Shown here piece by piece: positions 47,810-59,964 of a DNA stretch of 64,000 bases. The notes under the pieces were generated by a model. The model had not been told where the DNA came from, did not search any database, and worked only from the letters and a program-made list of their open reading frames with translations. Source of the DNA: Anaerohalosphaeraceae bacterium (GTDB lineage: Bacteria; Planctomycetota; Phycisphaerae; Sedimentisphaerales; Anaerohalosphaeraceae); contig CAXXSL010000016.1 in the NCBI GenBank assembly GCA_963675525.2, forward strand, positions 960,001-1,024,000, written 5' to 3'. Made by a program: the position numbers and the translations under genes. Position 1 is the first letter of the stretch. Every line of letters starts with the position of its first letter.

Positions 47810-47856
47810 CAAGCGCATGCGGTGGACAGTCAAATCGCTGCGCGTTTTGTCTACCT
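47804..47856 (+). other. Truncated attC-like site (integron cassette remnant)
   Basis: Stop codon inside CCATAAC, then AAGCGCATGC and hairpin GGTGGAC..CAAATCGC-TGC-GCGTTTTGTCTACC; GTTAGAT (GTTRRRY) directly precedes the gene ATG. Confidence 0.6.
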
Positions 47857-48276
47857 GAATTAGCTTTTAACACAGATGATACAGTTTCCGTTATCGTATT
47901 CAGCCGTATGACGGTGTCATCAATGCGTCTGTTCGCCAGCGTTTTCCAATGGCCGATTTGCCGAAATTTACAATTACAGGACAGCAAGCTGAATCTGATA
48001 TGCAGTGACTCGAAGGCGACAAGTGTGATCTATAATGTTCTTGAACAGTTTAATACATAGGAGAAGCCCGCGAGGTCAATCATGCCAGGGGGTTTAACGC
48101 CCGGCATAAGTCGACTTTATCAAGGATAAACAATGGCTCACCACTCACAGCAGCAAGGTTTTTATTGTCGGTGATGATAGCGTCTTCGCGGGCAACTATG
48201 AGGTACGTGAAAACGACGTTTGCCTGGTGACGCTTTTGGTATTATAATACGAAGAAAAACGAAAGGGAAAACAAGG

Positions 48277-50961
48277 ATGGTTGAAAGAATTATTATTGCG
48301 GTTGTTGTTATAATACTCAGTGGTTCAGTCTATGCGGCTTCAGGCGAGAAGAACATTTACATGGATCTGTCCGCTGATTTCGAAGCACGAGCCGCCGGCC
48401 TGGTCGAGCGGATGACGCTGGAGGAAAAGATTTCCCAGTTGGGCAATAGCGCCCCTGCTATAGAGCGACTGGGTATCCCGGAGTATGATTGGTGGAATGA
48501 ATGTCTCCATGGTGTTGCGGTTGCCGGTGTTGCGACTGTTTTCCCGCAGGCGATCGGCCTGTCAGCCAGCTTTGACCGGTCGATGATGTACGATGTGGCC
48601 TGCATCATCAGCGACGAGGCACGCGCCAAGCATCACGAATTTGTTCGCAACAATGACCGCGGACGATTTAAGGGACTGACGTTCTGGTCGCCGAATATCA
48701 ACATTTTTCGTGACTCCCGCTGGGGCCGCGGGCAGGAAACCTACGGCGAGGACCCTTACTTGACCGGTCAGATGGGCATTCAATTTGTTCATGGCTTGCA
48801 GGGGGATGACCCGAAATATCTCAAATTAGTGTCCACCGCCAAGCATTATGCCGTTCATAACGGCCCCGAGCCGGATCGTCATCATTTTAACGCGGTGGCC
48901 AATGCGCGGGATCTATGGGAGACATATTTACCGGCGTTTCATGATTTAGTGGTCAACGCTCATGTCTATTCGGTGATGGGGGCGTACAACCGGGTGGACG
49001 GCGAATCGGCGTCGGCCAGTTGGATGCTGTTGCGGGATATTCTTCGCGAGCAATGGAAGTTTGAAGGGTATGTCGTCTCCGACTGCGGAGCGATTCGGGA
49101 TATTTATGCCAACCACAAGATTGTCAATGACGCTCGGGAAGCGGCGGCCATTGGTGTGCGCCGCGGCTGTGACCTGAACTGCGGCGGAGTCTATCAGTCG
49201 TCGCTGCTGAAAGCCGTGCAGGCCGGGATGATCGACGAAGGCGAAATTGACCTGGCGGTGTACCGATTGATGCTGGCGCGGATGAAACTGGGGATGTTTG
49301 ACCCGCCCGAGATGGTACCGTATGCGCAAATTCCTTATTCGGTCAATGACTGTGAAAAGCATAATGAAGCGGCGCTGGCGATGGCCCGAAAATCTATGAC
49401 GCTTCTGAAAAACAACGGGATTCTGCCGCTGGACAAAAGCGCCATCAAAACCATTGCTGTTGTCGGTCCGAATGCCGACAGTATAGCGGCTTTGCGCGGC
49501 AATTATAACGGATATGCGTCGAATCCGGTTACAATCCTGGAAGGAATTCGACGGGCTGTCGGCGACGATGTCAAGGTGTTGTATTCACAGGGATGCCCCT
49601 TGGCGGAAGGCGCCGGCCAAGCTGCTTTTCCGGTCATTGATTCGAAATATCTGTTTACGACCGATGATGCAGGGCACGAAGTTCACGGTTTAAAAGGAGA
49701 CTATTTCCGTGGAACGGACTTGCAGGGAGAACCGGTGCTAAGTCGTATTGACGACCTCATCAAGATGGACTGGGGAGGAACTTCCCCTACAACAACAGAC
49801 ATTGCTCAGGGACGCTTGTCTGCGGATAAAAAAATTAATGACAATAACTTTTCTGCACGGTGGACCGGACAACTTGTCGCTCCCGTTAGCGGTGATTACA
49901 AACTGGGCGTGATGTCGGATGACGGATGCCGGCTGTATGTCAACGGTAAAAAAATAGTCGATGGTTGGTCGCAACATGCGATGCAGGCGTTTACCGCGGA
50001 TATTCGCCTGGAGAAAGGCCATCGCTATGACATAAAGATTGAATATTATGAGTCAGAACAGGATGCGGGCATTCATTTCATCTGGCTGCCGCCCGAAACG
50101 GATACTTTCCCGAGAGGTATTACGGACACAACGATCGAGGATGTATCAAAAGCGGACGTAGCGATTTTTGTCGGCGGTCTTGATGCCGGATTAGAAGGCG
50201 AAGAAATGGGTCTTGAAGCGGAGGGTTTCAGTCACGGGGACCGTACGAAAATAGAATTGCCTGCGATTCAGTTGGAAACACTCAAGGCGATGCAGAAAAC
50301 CGGCACGCCTATCGTCTTTGTGTTGATGTCGGGCAGTGCGATTGCCTTTGACGGCATGGAAAAGGATATTCCGGCGATCCTGGAGGCTTGGTATCCCGGC
50401 CAGCGCGGCGGCGATGCGGTGGCCGACGTCTTGTTCGGCGATTACAACCCGGCAGGACGCCTTCCGGTCACGTTTTATACATCCACGGATGAATTGGGCG
50501 ATTTTAGCGACTACAATATGGCAGCTGGAAAAGGTAAAACATACCGTTATTACCAGGGCAAACCGTTATATCCGTTCGGCCACGGACTCAGTTATACGAC
50601 TTTTGAATATTCAAACATGAAGATCAGCCGAAAGAATATAAAATCGGATGACACTGTGAAGGTTTCTGTGGATGTCACGAATGTGGGCCGGCGGGACGGT
50701 GAAGAAGTTGTGCAGTTGTATGTGCGCGATTTGAAATCTTCGCAACCCATGCCGGTCAAACAGCTTCGTGGCTTTGAGCGAATTGCGATGAACAAGGGTC
50801 AGACAAAAACAGTGACCTTTAGCTTAAAGCCTGCCGAGGATATGCACTATTATGATGCACAGAAGCAGCGGTATGCGGTGGAACCGGGCGAATTTGAAAT
50901 ACAAATCGGAGCTTCCAGCGGCGATATTCGGCAAAAGGATCGGATGAATGTAGTAGATTAA
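48277..50961 (+). CDS. GH3 beta-xylosidase/beta-glucosidase with PA14 domain (paralog of 29210..31909)
   Basis: Same motifs and architecture, with long identical peptide stretches. Confidence 0.92.
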   Translation: MVERIIIAVVVIILSGSVYAASGEKNIYMDLSADFEARAAGLVERMTLEEKISQLGNSAPAIERLGIPEYDWWNECLHGVAVAGVATVFPQAIGLSASFDRSMMYDVACIISDEARAKHHEFVRNNDRGRFKGLTFWSPNINIFRDSRWGRGQETYGEDPYLTGQMGIQFVHGLQGDDPKYLKLVSTAKHYAVHNGPEPDRHHFNAVANARDLWETYLPAFHDLVVNAHVYSVMGAYNRVDGESASASWMLLRDILREQWKFEGYVVSDCGAIRDIYANHKIVNDAREAAAIGVRRGCDLNCGGVYQSSLLKAVQAGMIDEGEIDLAVYRLMLARMKLGMFDPPEMVPYAQIPYSVNDCEKHNEAALAMARKSMTLLKNNGILPLDKSAIKTIAVVGPNADSIAALRGNYNGYASNPVTILEGIRRAVGDDVKVLYSQGCPLAEGAGQAAFPVIDSKYLFTTDDAGHEVHGLKGDYFRGTDLQGEPVLSRIDDLIKMDWGGTSPTTTDIAQGRLSADKKINDNNFSARWTGQLVAPVSGDYKLGVMSDDGCRLYVNGKKIVDGWSQHAMQAFTADIRLEKGHRYDIKIEYYESEQDAGIHFIWLPPETDTFPRGITDTTIEDVSKADVAIFVGGLDAGLEGEEMGLEAEGFSHGDRTKIELPAIQLETLKAMQKTGTPIVFVLMSGSAIAFDGMEKDIPAILEAWYPGQRGGDAVADVLFGDYNPAGRLPVTFYTSTDELGDFSDYNMAAGKGKTYRYYQGKPLYPFGHGLSYTTFEYSNMKISRKNIKSDDTVKVSVDVTNVGRRDGEEVVQLYVRDLKSSQPMPVKQLRGFERIAMNKGQTKTVTFSLKPAEDMHYYDAQKQRYAVEPGEFEIQIGASSGDIRQKDRMNVVD

Positions 50962-51187
50962 TGCCGGTATTTCTATTTTTTCAAGAAAACCATTTGTAAA
51001 TATTGACACTTTCTGCTGAAAAAAGCTATAGCTTATTGGAATTTTTTGTTTTTCGACCAGGCAGTAATGGTCGGTGATGAATCGACCTGACAATGCGATT
51101 TAAATACAGAGATGGGCTAATCATCGCTTGCCAATAATAGGTCTTGTATTCTGAAATAAATTATATCATTGTACGAAAGGCTTTGTT

Positions 51188-53684
51188 TTGAATAATCAGC
51201 GTCGGATTACGTTGCTTTGTTTGGTTTTCTTGTTGATTACAGTCAGCTTGGCGGCTAATGACCAGACTGCAGGCGTGGACCTTCGAGAAGGTCCACGGGA
51301 GAAACTTTCACTGGACCAAGGCTGGCGGTTTCACCTCGGGGATATTCCGTTGAACTCCTTTCCCGGCGGCCAAGGCATAGCGATATACGGTCCGGATTTC
51401 ACGCACAGCGATGCAAAGGCCGGACACACTTGGGGCGCAGCGGCCCGCGGATATGATGACTCGGACTGGCGGCAGGTTGACCTGCCGCATGACTGGGTGG
51501 TCGAACAGCCGTTTGACAAGAATGCGGTCAAACAACAAGGCTATCGCCCGCGCGGCATCGCGTGGTATCGGCGGACTTTCAAACTCGATCCCTTCCGACC
51601 GCGGCAGGAACATCGAACTGCAGTTTGACGGAGTAGCGACATACTGTACGGTTTATTTCAATGGGACGGCGGTACATCACAACTGGTGCGGCTATACATC
51701 GTTCTACATCGATGTTACCCCGATGGCGCGATACGGAGACGATATCAACACGATCGTGGTACGGGTGGATGCCGAGGCCATGGAGGGCTGGTGGTATGAA
51801 GGCGGCGGCATCTATCGCCATACTTGGCTTGTCAAGCGGAACCCAGTGCATGTCGTCACCGATGGTGTCTATGCCAATCCCATAAAGGGAGCAGATGGAA
51901 AATGGACAATTCCCGCTGAGGTCACACTGGCCAACACCGGGGCCGACATTACTTCAGCATCGGTGAACATCGGCGTTTTTGATTCCGCCGGAAAACAGGT
52001 CACAGACGGGCGTTCCTTGCAGTTGAGCATCGTCCCCTTGGGCGAAGTTGTGGCAAAAGTTTCGATTCCCGTGGTCTCGCCGCAGCTCTGGTCGGTGGAC
52101 CAGCCAAATCTCTATACGGTGCGAACGGTCGTGCTGAAGGACAACAAGTCGGTTGACTCTGTTGATACCACCTGCGGTTTCCGCACGATTCGCTTCGACG
52201 CGAAGGAAGGATTTTTCCTCAACGACCAACCGCTCAAATTGCAGGGTACGTGCAATCATCAGGATCATGCGGGCGTCGGGGTCGCCGTGCCGGATTCGAT
52301 CACGGAGTTCCGCATACGCAAACTAAAAGAGATGGGCTCGAACGCCTACCGCACTGCACATAATCCTCCATCCAAAGAACTGCTCGATATCTGTGACCGC
52401 CTTGGCATGCTCGTGATGGACGAAACCCGCCACTTCAACACATCGCCGGAATACATGAAGCAATTGGAATGGCTGGTGCGCCGCGATCGGAATCACCCCA
52501 GCGTGATTATGTGGTCTCTATTCAACGAGGAAGCGCTCGAAGTCAACGAGGAAGGCATGGAGATGACGCGCACCATGAACGCATTGGTCAAGCGTCTTGA
52601 TACGACCCGGCCCACCACAGGCGGGCAGAATAAGGGCCAGTTGGGCGGGGACGGCAAGGCGAACCCGAAGAACGCTGCGCTAACCATGGACGTGGTTGGC
52701 ATCAATTACCAGGCCTACGACTACGACAAGATCCGCGCGGCGTATCCGGACAAGCCGATGATTAGCACGGAAGACACTTCCCAGGTCATGACGCGTGGAG
52801 AATACATTACTGACCATTCCAGAAATATCGTGGCCTCCTATGATGATGTGTTCCCGGGCTGGGATAAATTCAGCAGCGCGCGCAATGCCTGGGCGGCGAT
52901 CGTCAGGCAGCCGTCCTTTTGCGGCGGCTTTTTCTGGACGGGCTTCGATTATCGCGGCGAACCCACCCCATACGGATGGCCGTCGGCCAGTTCCTACTTC
53001 GGCGCATTGGATCTGTGCGGCTTCCCCAAAACCGAATTCTATATTCGACAAGCCCTCTGGATCAAGGACAGACCGGTGCTCACGCTGGTGCCGCACTGGA
53101 ACTGGTCGGGCAAGGAAGGTCAGCCGGTCAGGGTGATGGCACTGGCCAACTGCGAAGTCGTTGAACTGTTGCTGAATGGAAAATCGCTTGGAGAAAAACC
53201 CGTCGATCAATTTGAAATGGTTTCATGGGAGGTGCCCTATGCGCCGGGCAAACTTGAAGCGATTGGTAAAACCAACAGCAGTCAAGTGTCGCATTTCATC
53301 GTCGAAACCACCGGCGAACCGGTTGCCTTGCGGCTGGTGCCGGATCGCAAAACGCTGGCTGGTGACGGGAACGATGTCGTGCCTGTAACCGTCGAAGCAC
53401 TCGATAAGGATGGACACCCTGTGCCGATAGCGAACCTGCCGGTCGAATTCGAGATCAGCGGACCGGGCTCGATCATTGGCGTAGGCAACGGCGATCCGAC
53501 CAGTCACGAACCGGAGAAGGGCAACAGGCGCAGTCTGTTCAACGGCCTTGCCCAGGTCATTCTCCAGAGTCAGAGGGGCGGCTCGGGCAATATTGTTCTA
53601 CGGGCCATGGGCGAAGGCCTAAAACCTGCTGAAATCACCATTACTGCCGAGGCAACGCATACAGAGATGTTAAAATACAAATAA
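51188..53684 (+). CDS. GH2 beta-galactosidase-like glycoside hydrolase, frameshifted near 51590
   Basis: DLPHDW, WWYEGGGIYR, GTCNHQDH, RTAHNPP, RDRNHPSVIMWSLFNEE, WTGFDYRGEP. Confidence 0.9.
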
Positions 53685-53780
53685 CATCAATATCGAAAAT
53701 GAATTGGTTGACAGTTATTTAGCTTGACTCATGCTATACAATGAAAAGTACAGACCACTTAATTAATAAGGCAGAACACA

Positions 53781-56157
53781 ATGAAAATAATCAATACACA
53801 ACAGATTAACATGATGAGAGCATTAATAGCCGGATTATTTCTGGTACAGACCTTAGGCTGCGGACAATCGAATACCGACACTGCTGCCTCATCCTGCGAT
53901 TCGATTCCATACGCCACGCAGCATGTGATTTCGAATGACGATTCCGAAGCCGTGATTGTCGAAAAGGCGGCCAAGACTCTGCCGCGTCCCAATCAGACGG
54001 CCTGGATGCGACTGGAGTGGATATTTTTCCTTCACTACGGGCCGAATACGTTTAACGGGGTTGAGTGGGGCAGCGGGAGGGAAGAACCCTCGGATTTCAA
54101 TCCCACGGCGTTCGATGCCGACCAATAGGTCCGTGCAATCAGCGAGGCCGGCGGAAAAATGATCGTGCTCGTTTGCAAGCATCACGATGGATTGTGTCTG
54201 TGGCCCAGCCGCTATACAGAGCATTCGGTTGCATCGAGTCCCTGGATGGACGGCAAGGGTAACGTCGTCCGAGCAGTTGCCGACGCGGCCCGCAAGCACG
54301 GTATCAAGCTGGGAGTTTACCTGTCGCCTGCCGACCTCTATCAACTGAAAACCAACCCGAAGAATCCAGCCGGTTATTACGGCGATGGCAGCAGCGACGT
54401 ACTGTCCACTATTCCTACCGATCCAGCCAGTTTTAAATCGAATCCTATTCAGGGACGTACACCGTCTGAGGGCTTTGGAAGCTATACCTATGAAGTGAAT
54501 GGACTATAACCGCTATTTTCTGAATCAGCTTTACGAATTGCTGACCGAATACGGGCCGGTTCAGGAAGTCTGGTTCGACGGGGCCAATCCGGATCCTAGC
54601 GTCAAAGAGACCTACAATTATGCTGCGTGGTATGATTTGATTCGCAAGCTGCAGCCCAATGCGATCATCTTCGGCAAAGGGCCGGACGGACGTTGGGTCG
54701 GCAGTGAAAGCGGCTACGGACGCACCACGGAATGGAGTATCATTCCTCTGCCCGAGTCCCCGTACACCTTCAGATGGCCGGACATGCGGGACGGGGATCT
54801 CGGCAGTCGCGCCAAACTGACGCCCGGGTCGTATCTCTGGTGGTATCCGACGGAAACCAATGTTACCATCCTCGCCAACGGTCAATGGTTTTGGGCGCCC
54901 GGGAAGAAACCCAGAAGCGTTTCGCAGTTGGTGGATATCTATTACTCGTCGATTGGCCGTAATGGGAACTTCATTTTTAACCTGTCTCCGGACACGCGGG
55001 GTTTGGTTCCGGATGATCAACTCGAAGCCCTGAACCGGATGTCGCAGGTGATCAAAGAGACGTTTGCCACAAACCTTGCTGATGGCGGCCAACTTACGGC
55101 CGACACATCAAACCCTGCCAACAGCCCGTCGCAGGTATTGGACGGAGATCTCGATACCTGGTGGGAGGCTGCACAGGGGCGGACCGACGGCACTGTGACA
55201 TTGACGCTTCCGTCGCCCGTTACCTTTGATGTGGTTTCATTGCAGGAAGCGATCGATTATCGGAGCCAACGGATCGAGTCCTTTGTTATTGAAACATGGA
55301 ACGGATCGGCATGGATTTCGGCCGAACACATCGCATCGGACGAACTGACGACCGTCGGGCACAAACGGCTGATACGGCTGAAGTTACCCGTGACCGCCGA
55401 CAAGGTGCGCATCCGCATCACCGGATCACGTCTGGAGCCGACGCTGGCTGAAATGGGACTTTTTAAGCAACCTGCGGACTTTATGCCCCCGGCGATATCA
55501 AATCGTGACGCCAAAGGCATGGTGACCATTCGAAACGACAGCGGTTTTAAGATGGTTTATACCCTTGACGGATCGATGCCGACAGCCCGCTCGGCTGTGT
55601 ACAGTTCACCGATTTCCATGCCGCTGGGCGGCACGGTGAAGGCTGCCTGCCTGCTACCGGATGGACAGCTCGGCATAGAGGCTTCGAAGTCTTTCGCCGG
55701 AATCAAGCCGATTGGCTGGAAGATTGCTGAAGTAGATACTCAGGAAACCGCTGGTAAAGACGCGTCCGCCGCCAACGCAATCGATGACAACTCCACCACC
55801 ATCTGGCATACCAGTTGGAACAATAATTTGAAGTCGCCGCATTTCATTACCATTGACATGCGGACTTCGCACCGGATCGGCGGGTTTACGTATCTGCCGC
55901 GTCAGGACAGTTCCTTAAATGGCACGGTTGTACAGTATCGCTTTGAAACGAGTATGGATGGCGTCAACTGGACAACCAACGTCGATTCAGGCAGGTTTAA
56001 TAACATCCAAAATAACCCTTCGATTCAGAAAGTTACTTTTGCTCCGGTTAACGCCCGATACTTCCGCTTCACAGCTTTGCGGGAAATCTGGTCAAACGGA
56101 TGGACAAGCGCAGCCGAAATCTCCGTGTTGCCGGCGGCATCTGAAGAGGACCAATAA
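53781..56157 (+). pseudogene. GH29 alpha-L-fucosidase with F5/8C (CBM32-like) domains; in-frame TAG at 54126 and frameshift near 54500
   Basis: FLHYGPNTF..EWG, FDADQ*VRA, KHHDGLCLWPS, GVYLSP.D, ELLTEYG...WFDGA, SIGRNG. Confidence 0.8.
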
Positions 56158-56251
56158 CGGCGTATTTTTGATTTTATGTTCACCAATGGTACTGTAAGCC
56201 AATCTGTGAAATGCGTGAATTGTCAAAAAAGAAATCGAGTTTGATATCACA

Positions 56252-58748
56252 ATGAAAGTATGTTCTGTGGACCGGGAATTTGGAACACTGCTGATAGCAG
56301 TTCTGTTGGCTCCCTTATGTATTCTGCATGCTGTTGAACCATCTAAACCAGCGGTTGTCATCCATGTGACGCCGGAAGGCAAGGACACCTACCCCGGTAC
56401 GACAGAAAATCCAGTGGCTACCCTTGCTGCAGCCCAGCAAGCAGCACGTGCTTCAACAGGTCGGCAGCCGGTGATAGTGATGCTTCATGAGGGTGTTTAT
56501 TATCTGCCGGATACACTCGTATTTACGGAAGCGGATTCGGGGACGGTCCGATACCCGGTTGAATATACTGCCGCCGCTGGCGAGGAGCCGGTTATCAGCG
56601 GCGGCAGTAGGCTGACGCTTGAATGGAAAGCCGGTTCGGGCGGTATCATGGAAGCGGCCGTACCGGAGGGACTCAACATCGATCAGTTGTGGATTAATGG
56701 AAAACGTCAGTGTATGGCTCGCTTTCCCAACCGAATCCCCGGAAAAAATGTTTTTGACCGGTGGGACTTGAAACACAGCAATGAACCAGCCCAGCCGTCT
56801 GAAGATGGGCTGTCACCGGAGCGAATCACGCGATGGGCTAACCCGGCGGGCGGGTATATTCACGCCATGCACCCGTCATTATGGGGGGACATGCACTGGC
56901 TCATCAAGGGCCGCAAGACCGATGGAACCTTTGATACCGAAGGAGGATGGCAAAATAACCGGCCCAGTCCGATGCACCACAAATACCGCTTTGTCGAAAA
57001 TATCCGCGAGGAACTCGATGAACCCGGAGAATGGTTTCACGATGCGCAGGCCAATAAATTGTACTATATGCCTGTGGCGGGTACGGATATGGAAACGGCA
57101 ACCGTCGAAGTTGGTGCGGCTCAAACACCTGATCGAATTTATAGGGACCAAAGACAATCCCGTTCGATTCGTCAAACTCAAAGGGATTACATTCCGACAT
57201 GCTGCAAGGACATTTATGGAAAACAAAGAGCCGCTGCTTCGGAGTGATTGGACGGTGTACCGGGGCGGAGCCGTCGTTTTTGACGGCGCTGAGGATTGTA
57301 CGGTTGACGACTGCACGTTTGACCAGGTCGGAGGCAATACGATCTTCGTGAATAACTATAACCGCCGTATTACTGTACGAGGATGCCTGATTCAGGACAG
57401 CGGAGCCAATGGGGTGGCCTTTGTGGGTGATCCGAAAGCCGTTCGCAATCCCATTTTCCGTTACGGCCCGCAGGATTATTCCAAACTGGACCTGACGCCG
57501 GGGTCAATCGGGGATAATTTTCCCGCCGATTGCCCTTGTTGAGGATTGCCTGATAACCCGCACGGGACGAGATGAAAAGCACAGACGGCGCCTGTGGAGA
57601 TTAGTATGTCGCAAGATATCACTGTACGTCACTGCTCCATATACGATGTGCCAAGGGCGGGAATCAACATCGGCGACGGGTGCTGGGGCGGACACGTCGT
57701 TCGAGTTCTGTCGATATATTCAATACCGTACTGGAGACAGGTGACCACGGCAGCTTCAATTCATGGGGCCGTGACCGGTTCTGGGACCCCCAAATTGCAG
57801 AAGTCAACCGGCAGGTAGCGAACAATCCCGTTCTGCCCCGGCTGGATGTGGTCAAGCCGATTATTCTTCGCAACAATCGCTGGCGGTGCGATCACGGATG
57901 GGACGTGGACCTGGATGATGGTTCGAGCAACTATGAAATCTATAAAAACCTCATGCTTAACGGTGGTCTTAAACTCCGGGAGGGGTACGGCCGGATTGTG
58001 ACAAACAATATCTTTGTTAACAACACACTTCATCCCCATTGTTGGTTTGACAACAGCGGCGACGTGTTTCGAAACAACATCGTTATGACAGCTTACAGGC
58101 CCGCAGGGGGGATGCCGAATGGGAAATGGGGCAAAGAGGTGGATTATAATCTTTTTGCCTGCTCCGAAAAGGACCGTTTGAGGTTTGTCTCGCACGGTTG
58201 CGATCAGCACTCAATTGTCGCCGATCCGGGATTTCTCAATCCGGCCAATGGAGATTTTCGCGTTCGGCCGGACTCTCCCGCACTTCGGTTGGGATTTCAA
58301 AATTTCCCGATAGATGAGTATGGTGTCGTTTCACCCCGACTTCGGGCGATCGCAAAGCAACCCAAAATACCTATCGTTGATATCCGACTTGATTTTGAGG
58401 TCCCGTCCGGCAAAGAGATGGTGTATCAATGGCGACAGGCGCTCATACGAAATCTGGAAGGGAGAGGAATTCTCTCGCTTATGGAGTCAGCCGTGATTCC
58501 GGGGGGGTATTGGTCATGAATGTTGTTCAAGGGAGGACTTGCGGACAGTGATAGTTTCTCTGCCGGGTGATCTGATTCAGTCAGTCGATGGGGCACCGGT
58601 CAAAACGGTATCGCAAATGATCGAATGCCTTCGCAATATCCCGGCCGAAAAAGATATCATGTTAGGAATTGTCCGAACGCAGCAACCGGCCGCAACTATC
58701 GTCGTATGCGGCGGGGCAGAACCTCCACAAACAGCATCACCGAAATAA
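56252..58748 (+). CDS. Right-handed beta-helix glycoside hydrolase (GH141-like) with C-terminal PDZ domain; multiple frameshifts
   Basis: Fragments 56252..57247, 56781..57542, 57594..57818, 57680..58519 and 58539..58748 tile one protein (GGWQNNRP, FVENIREELDEPGEWF, ETGDHGSFNSWGRDR, DLDDGSSNY, PGDLIQSVDG). Confidence 0.7.
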
Positions 58749-59023
58749 GAATTCAATTGGAGACCTGTATATGGGCAAAATAAGCATACCAAGCACTCAA
58801 AGGCAGTTTATTTTATGTTGTTTATGGACGGGAATCCCCTGAATAATAAGTTATGAGTTGCCAAATCAGGATATACTATAGCTCGTATATCCTGTAAATT
58901 GAATTAAATACTGGACAAATATTATGTATTTGAATAACCTGATGGCCGATACGAATTTTACTGCGAGGCGACAAAGGATTAGTTGTAACCGTTTCATATA
59001 AAATGGCTTAACTTTTAAACATC

Positions 59024-59069
59024 TCAGCCTTCCATGCTGGTCATGTCGGTTCGATTCCGATCGCCCGCT
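59024..59069 (+). tRNA. 3' fragment of tRNA-Gly(TCC): anticodon arm, T arm and acceptor 3' strand; 5' half absent
   Basis: TCAGC-CTTCCAT-GCTGG, GTCGG-TTCGATT-CCGAT, CGCCCGC-T. Confidence 0.8.
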
Positions 59070-59408
59070 TTTTGTCGCCTATGACAGCCCATGCCAGTAG
59101 TATTCTAACTCTTCCTGTGTTCAAGGCTTACGGCTACTTTAGCTGATATTTCTGGTCTTTTACAGTCCATTAAAATTGCCAGCAAATGCCCCCAAATAAC
59201 AGGGTGCGTACAAATTCACTGCGGGCGATTGAAAAGCATTGTGTAATGTATAGAGAATCGGGCAAACCCCACCCTGAAATACCTTGATATGCCCCGTTTT
59301 TTACACACGACTTTTTAATCATAATCTGCTTTTAAAAAAAACAGACAAAAATAGCGAAAAATCTACCTAAGTTTATAATTCTACTTACTATACCATAGTT
59401 GACGAAAC

Positions 59409-59964
59409 ATGTTTTAGTAATATCGAACTTAAAAGAGGCGTTTTGTGTCCAGAAAAGATGAATTTTTTAAGCATTTTTATTAAACACAGCCATCATCTGT
59501 TTAATTTTATCCTGACTTTGAGTACCCGAATTATTCAGACGCAGAAGACATTTTGCAGGAATCAGCCGGCGTTATGTGGGACAAGTCTGAAACCTACCAA
59601 AGGGATACGGATTTCCTGGCTTTGGCGCGACAGATTGTGCGCTATAAAGTATCAAACTACTATCGAACAAAGAAACACGAATTCAGGTTGGATGACGATA
59701 TTTTAGATAAATTGACATCGATGCATGAACAAGTATCGATACGTGTGAGTGAAAGAAAAGCGGCATTGACAGGTTTGTCTCGGTAAACTTCAGCAGACCG
59801 ATTTAAATCTGATTCAGTTGAGGTTCTATGAAAAGATTTCTGTTCAGGAGATTGCGAGAAAAACCAATCGATCAGTGCACACACTCTACAAGCGAATTTC
59901 CACGATTTACGTTTTATTGCAAAATTGTATCACAAAAACTCTTATGACTTGGGATTTAGATTGA
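59409..59964 (+). pseudogene. Second ECF sigma factor, multiply frameshifted (start approximate)
   Basis: Fragments FLSIFIKH..HLFNFILTL, DAEDILQES..VMWDK...TDFLA.AR, and C-terminal TLYKRISTIYVLLQNCI; stop overlaps the FecR ATG (TGATG). Confidence 0.75.

Noticed and set aside
47860..48220. Short minus-strand ORF 47760..47987 and hairpin near 48082-48108
   Set aside because: No recognisable family or second copy; insufficient support.
19375..58210. Numerous antisense and alternative-frame ORFs over CAZyme and pilus genes (e.g. 27925..28572, 54445..55092)
   Set aside because: Shadow ORFs of well-supported genes, with no recognisable motifs.
58995..59070. Complete tRNA-Gly gene
   Set aside because: No 5' acceptor strand (GCGGGCG) or D arm upstream.
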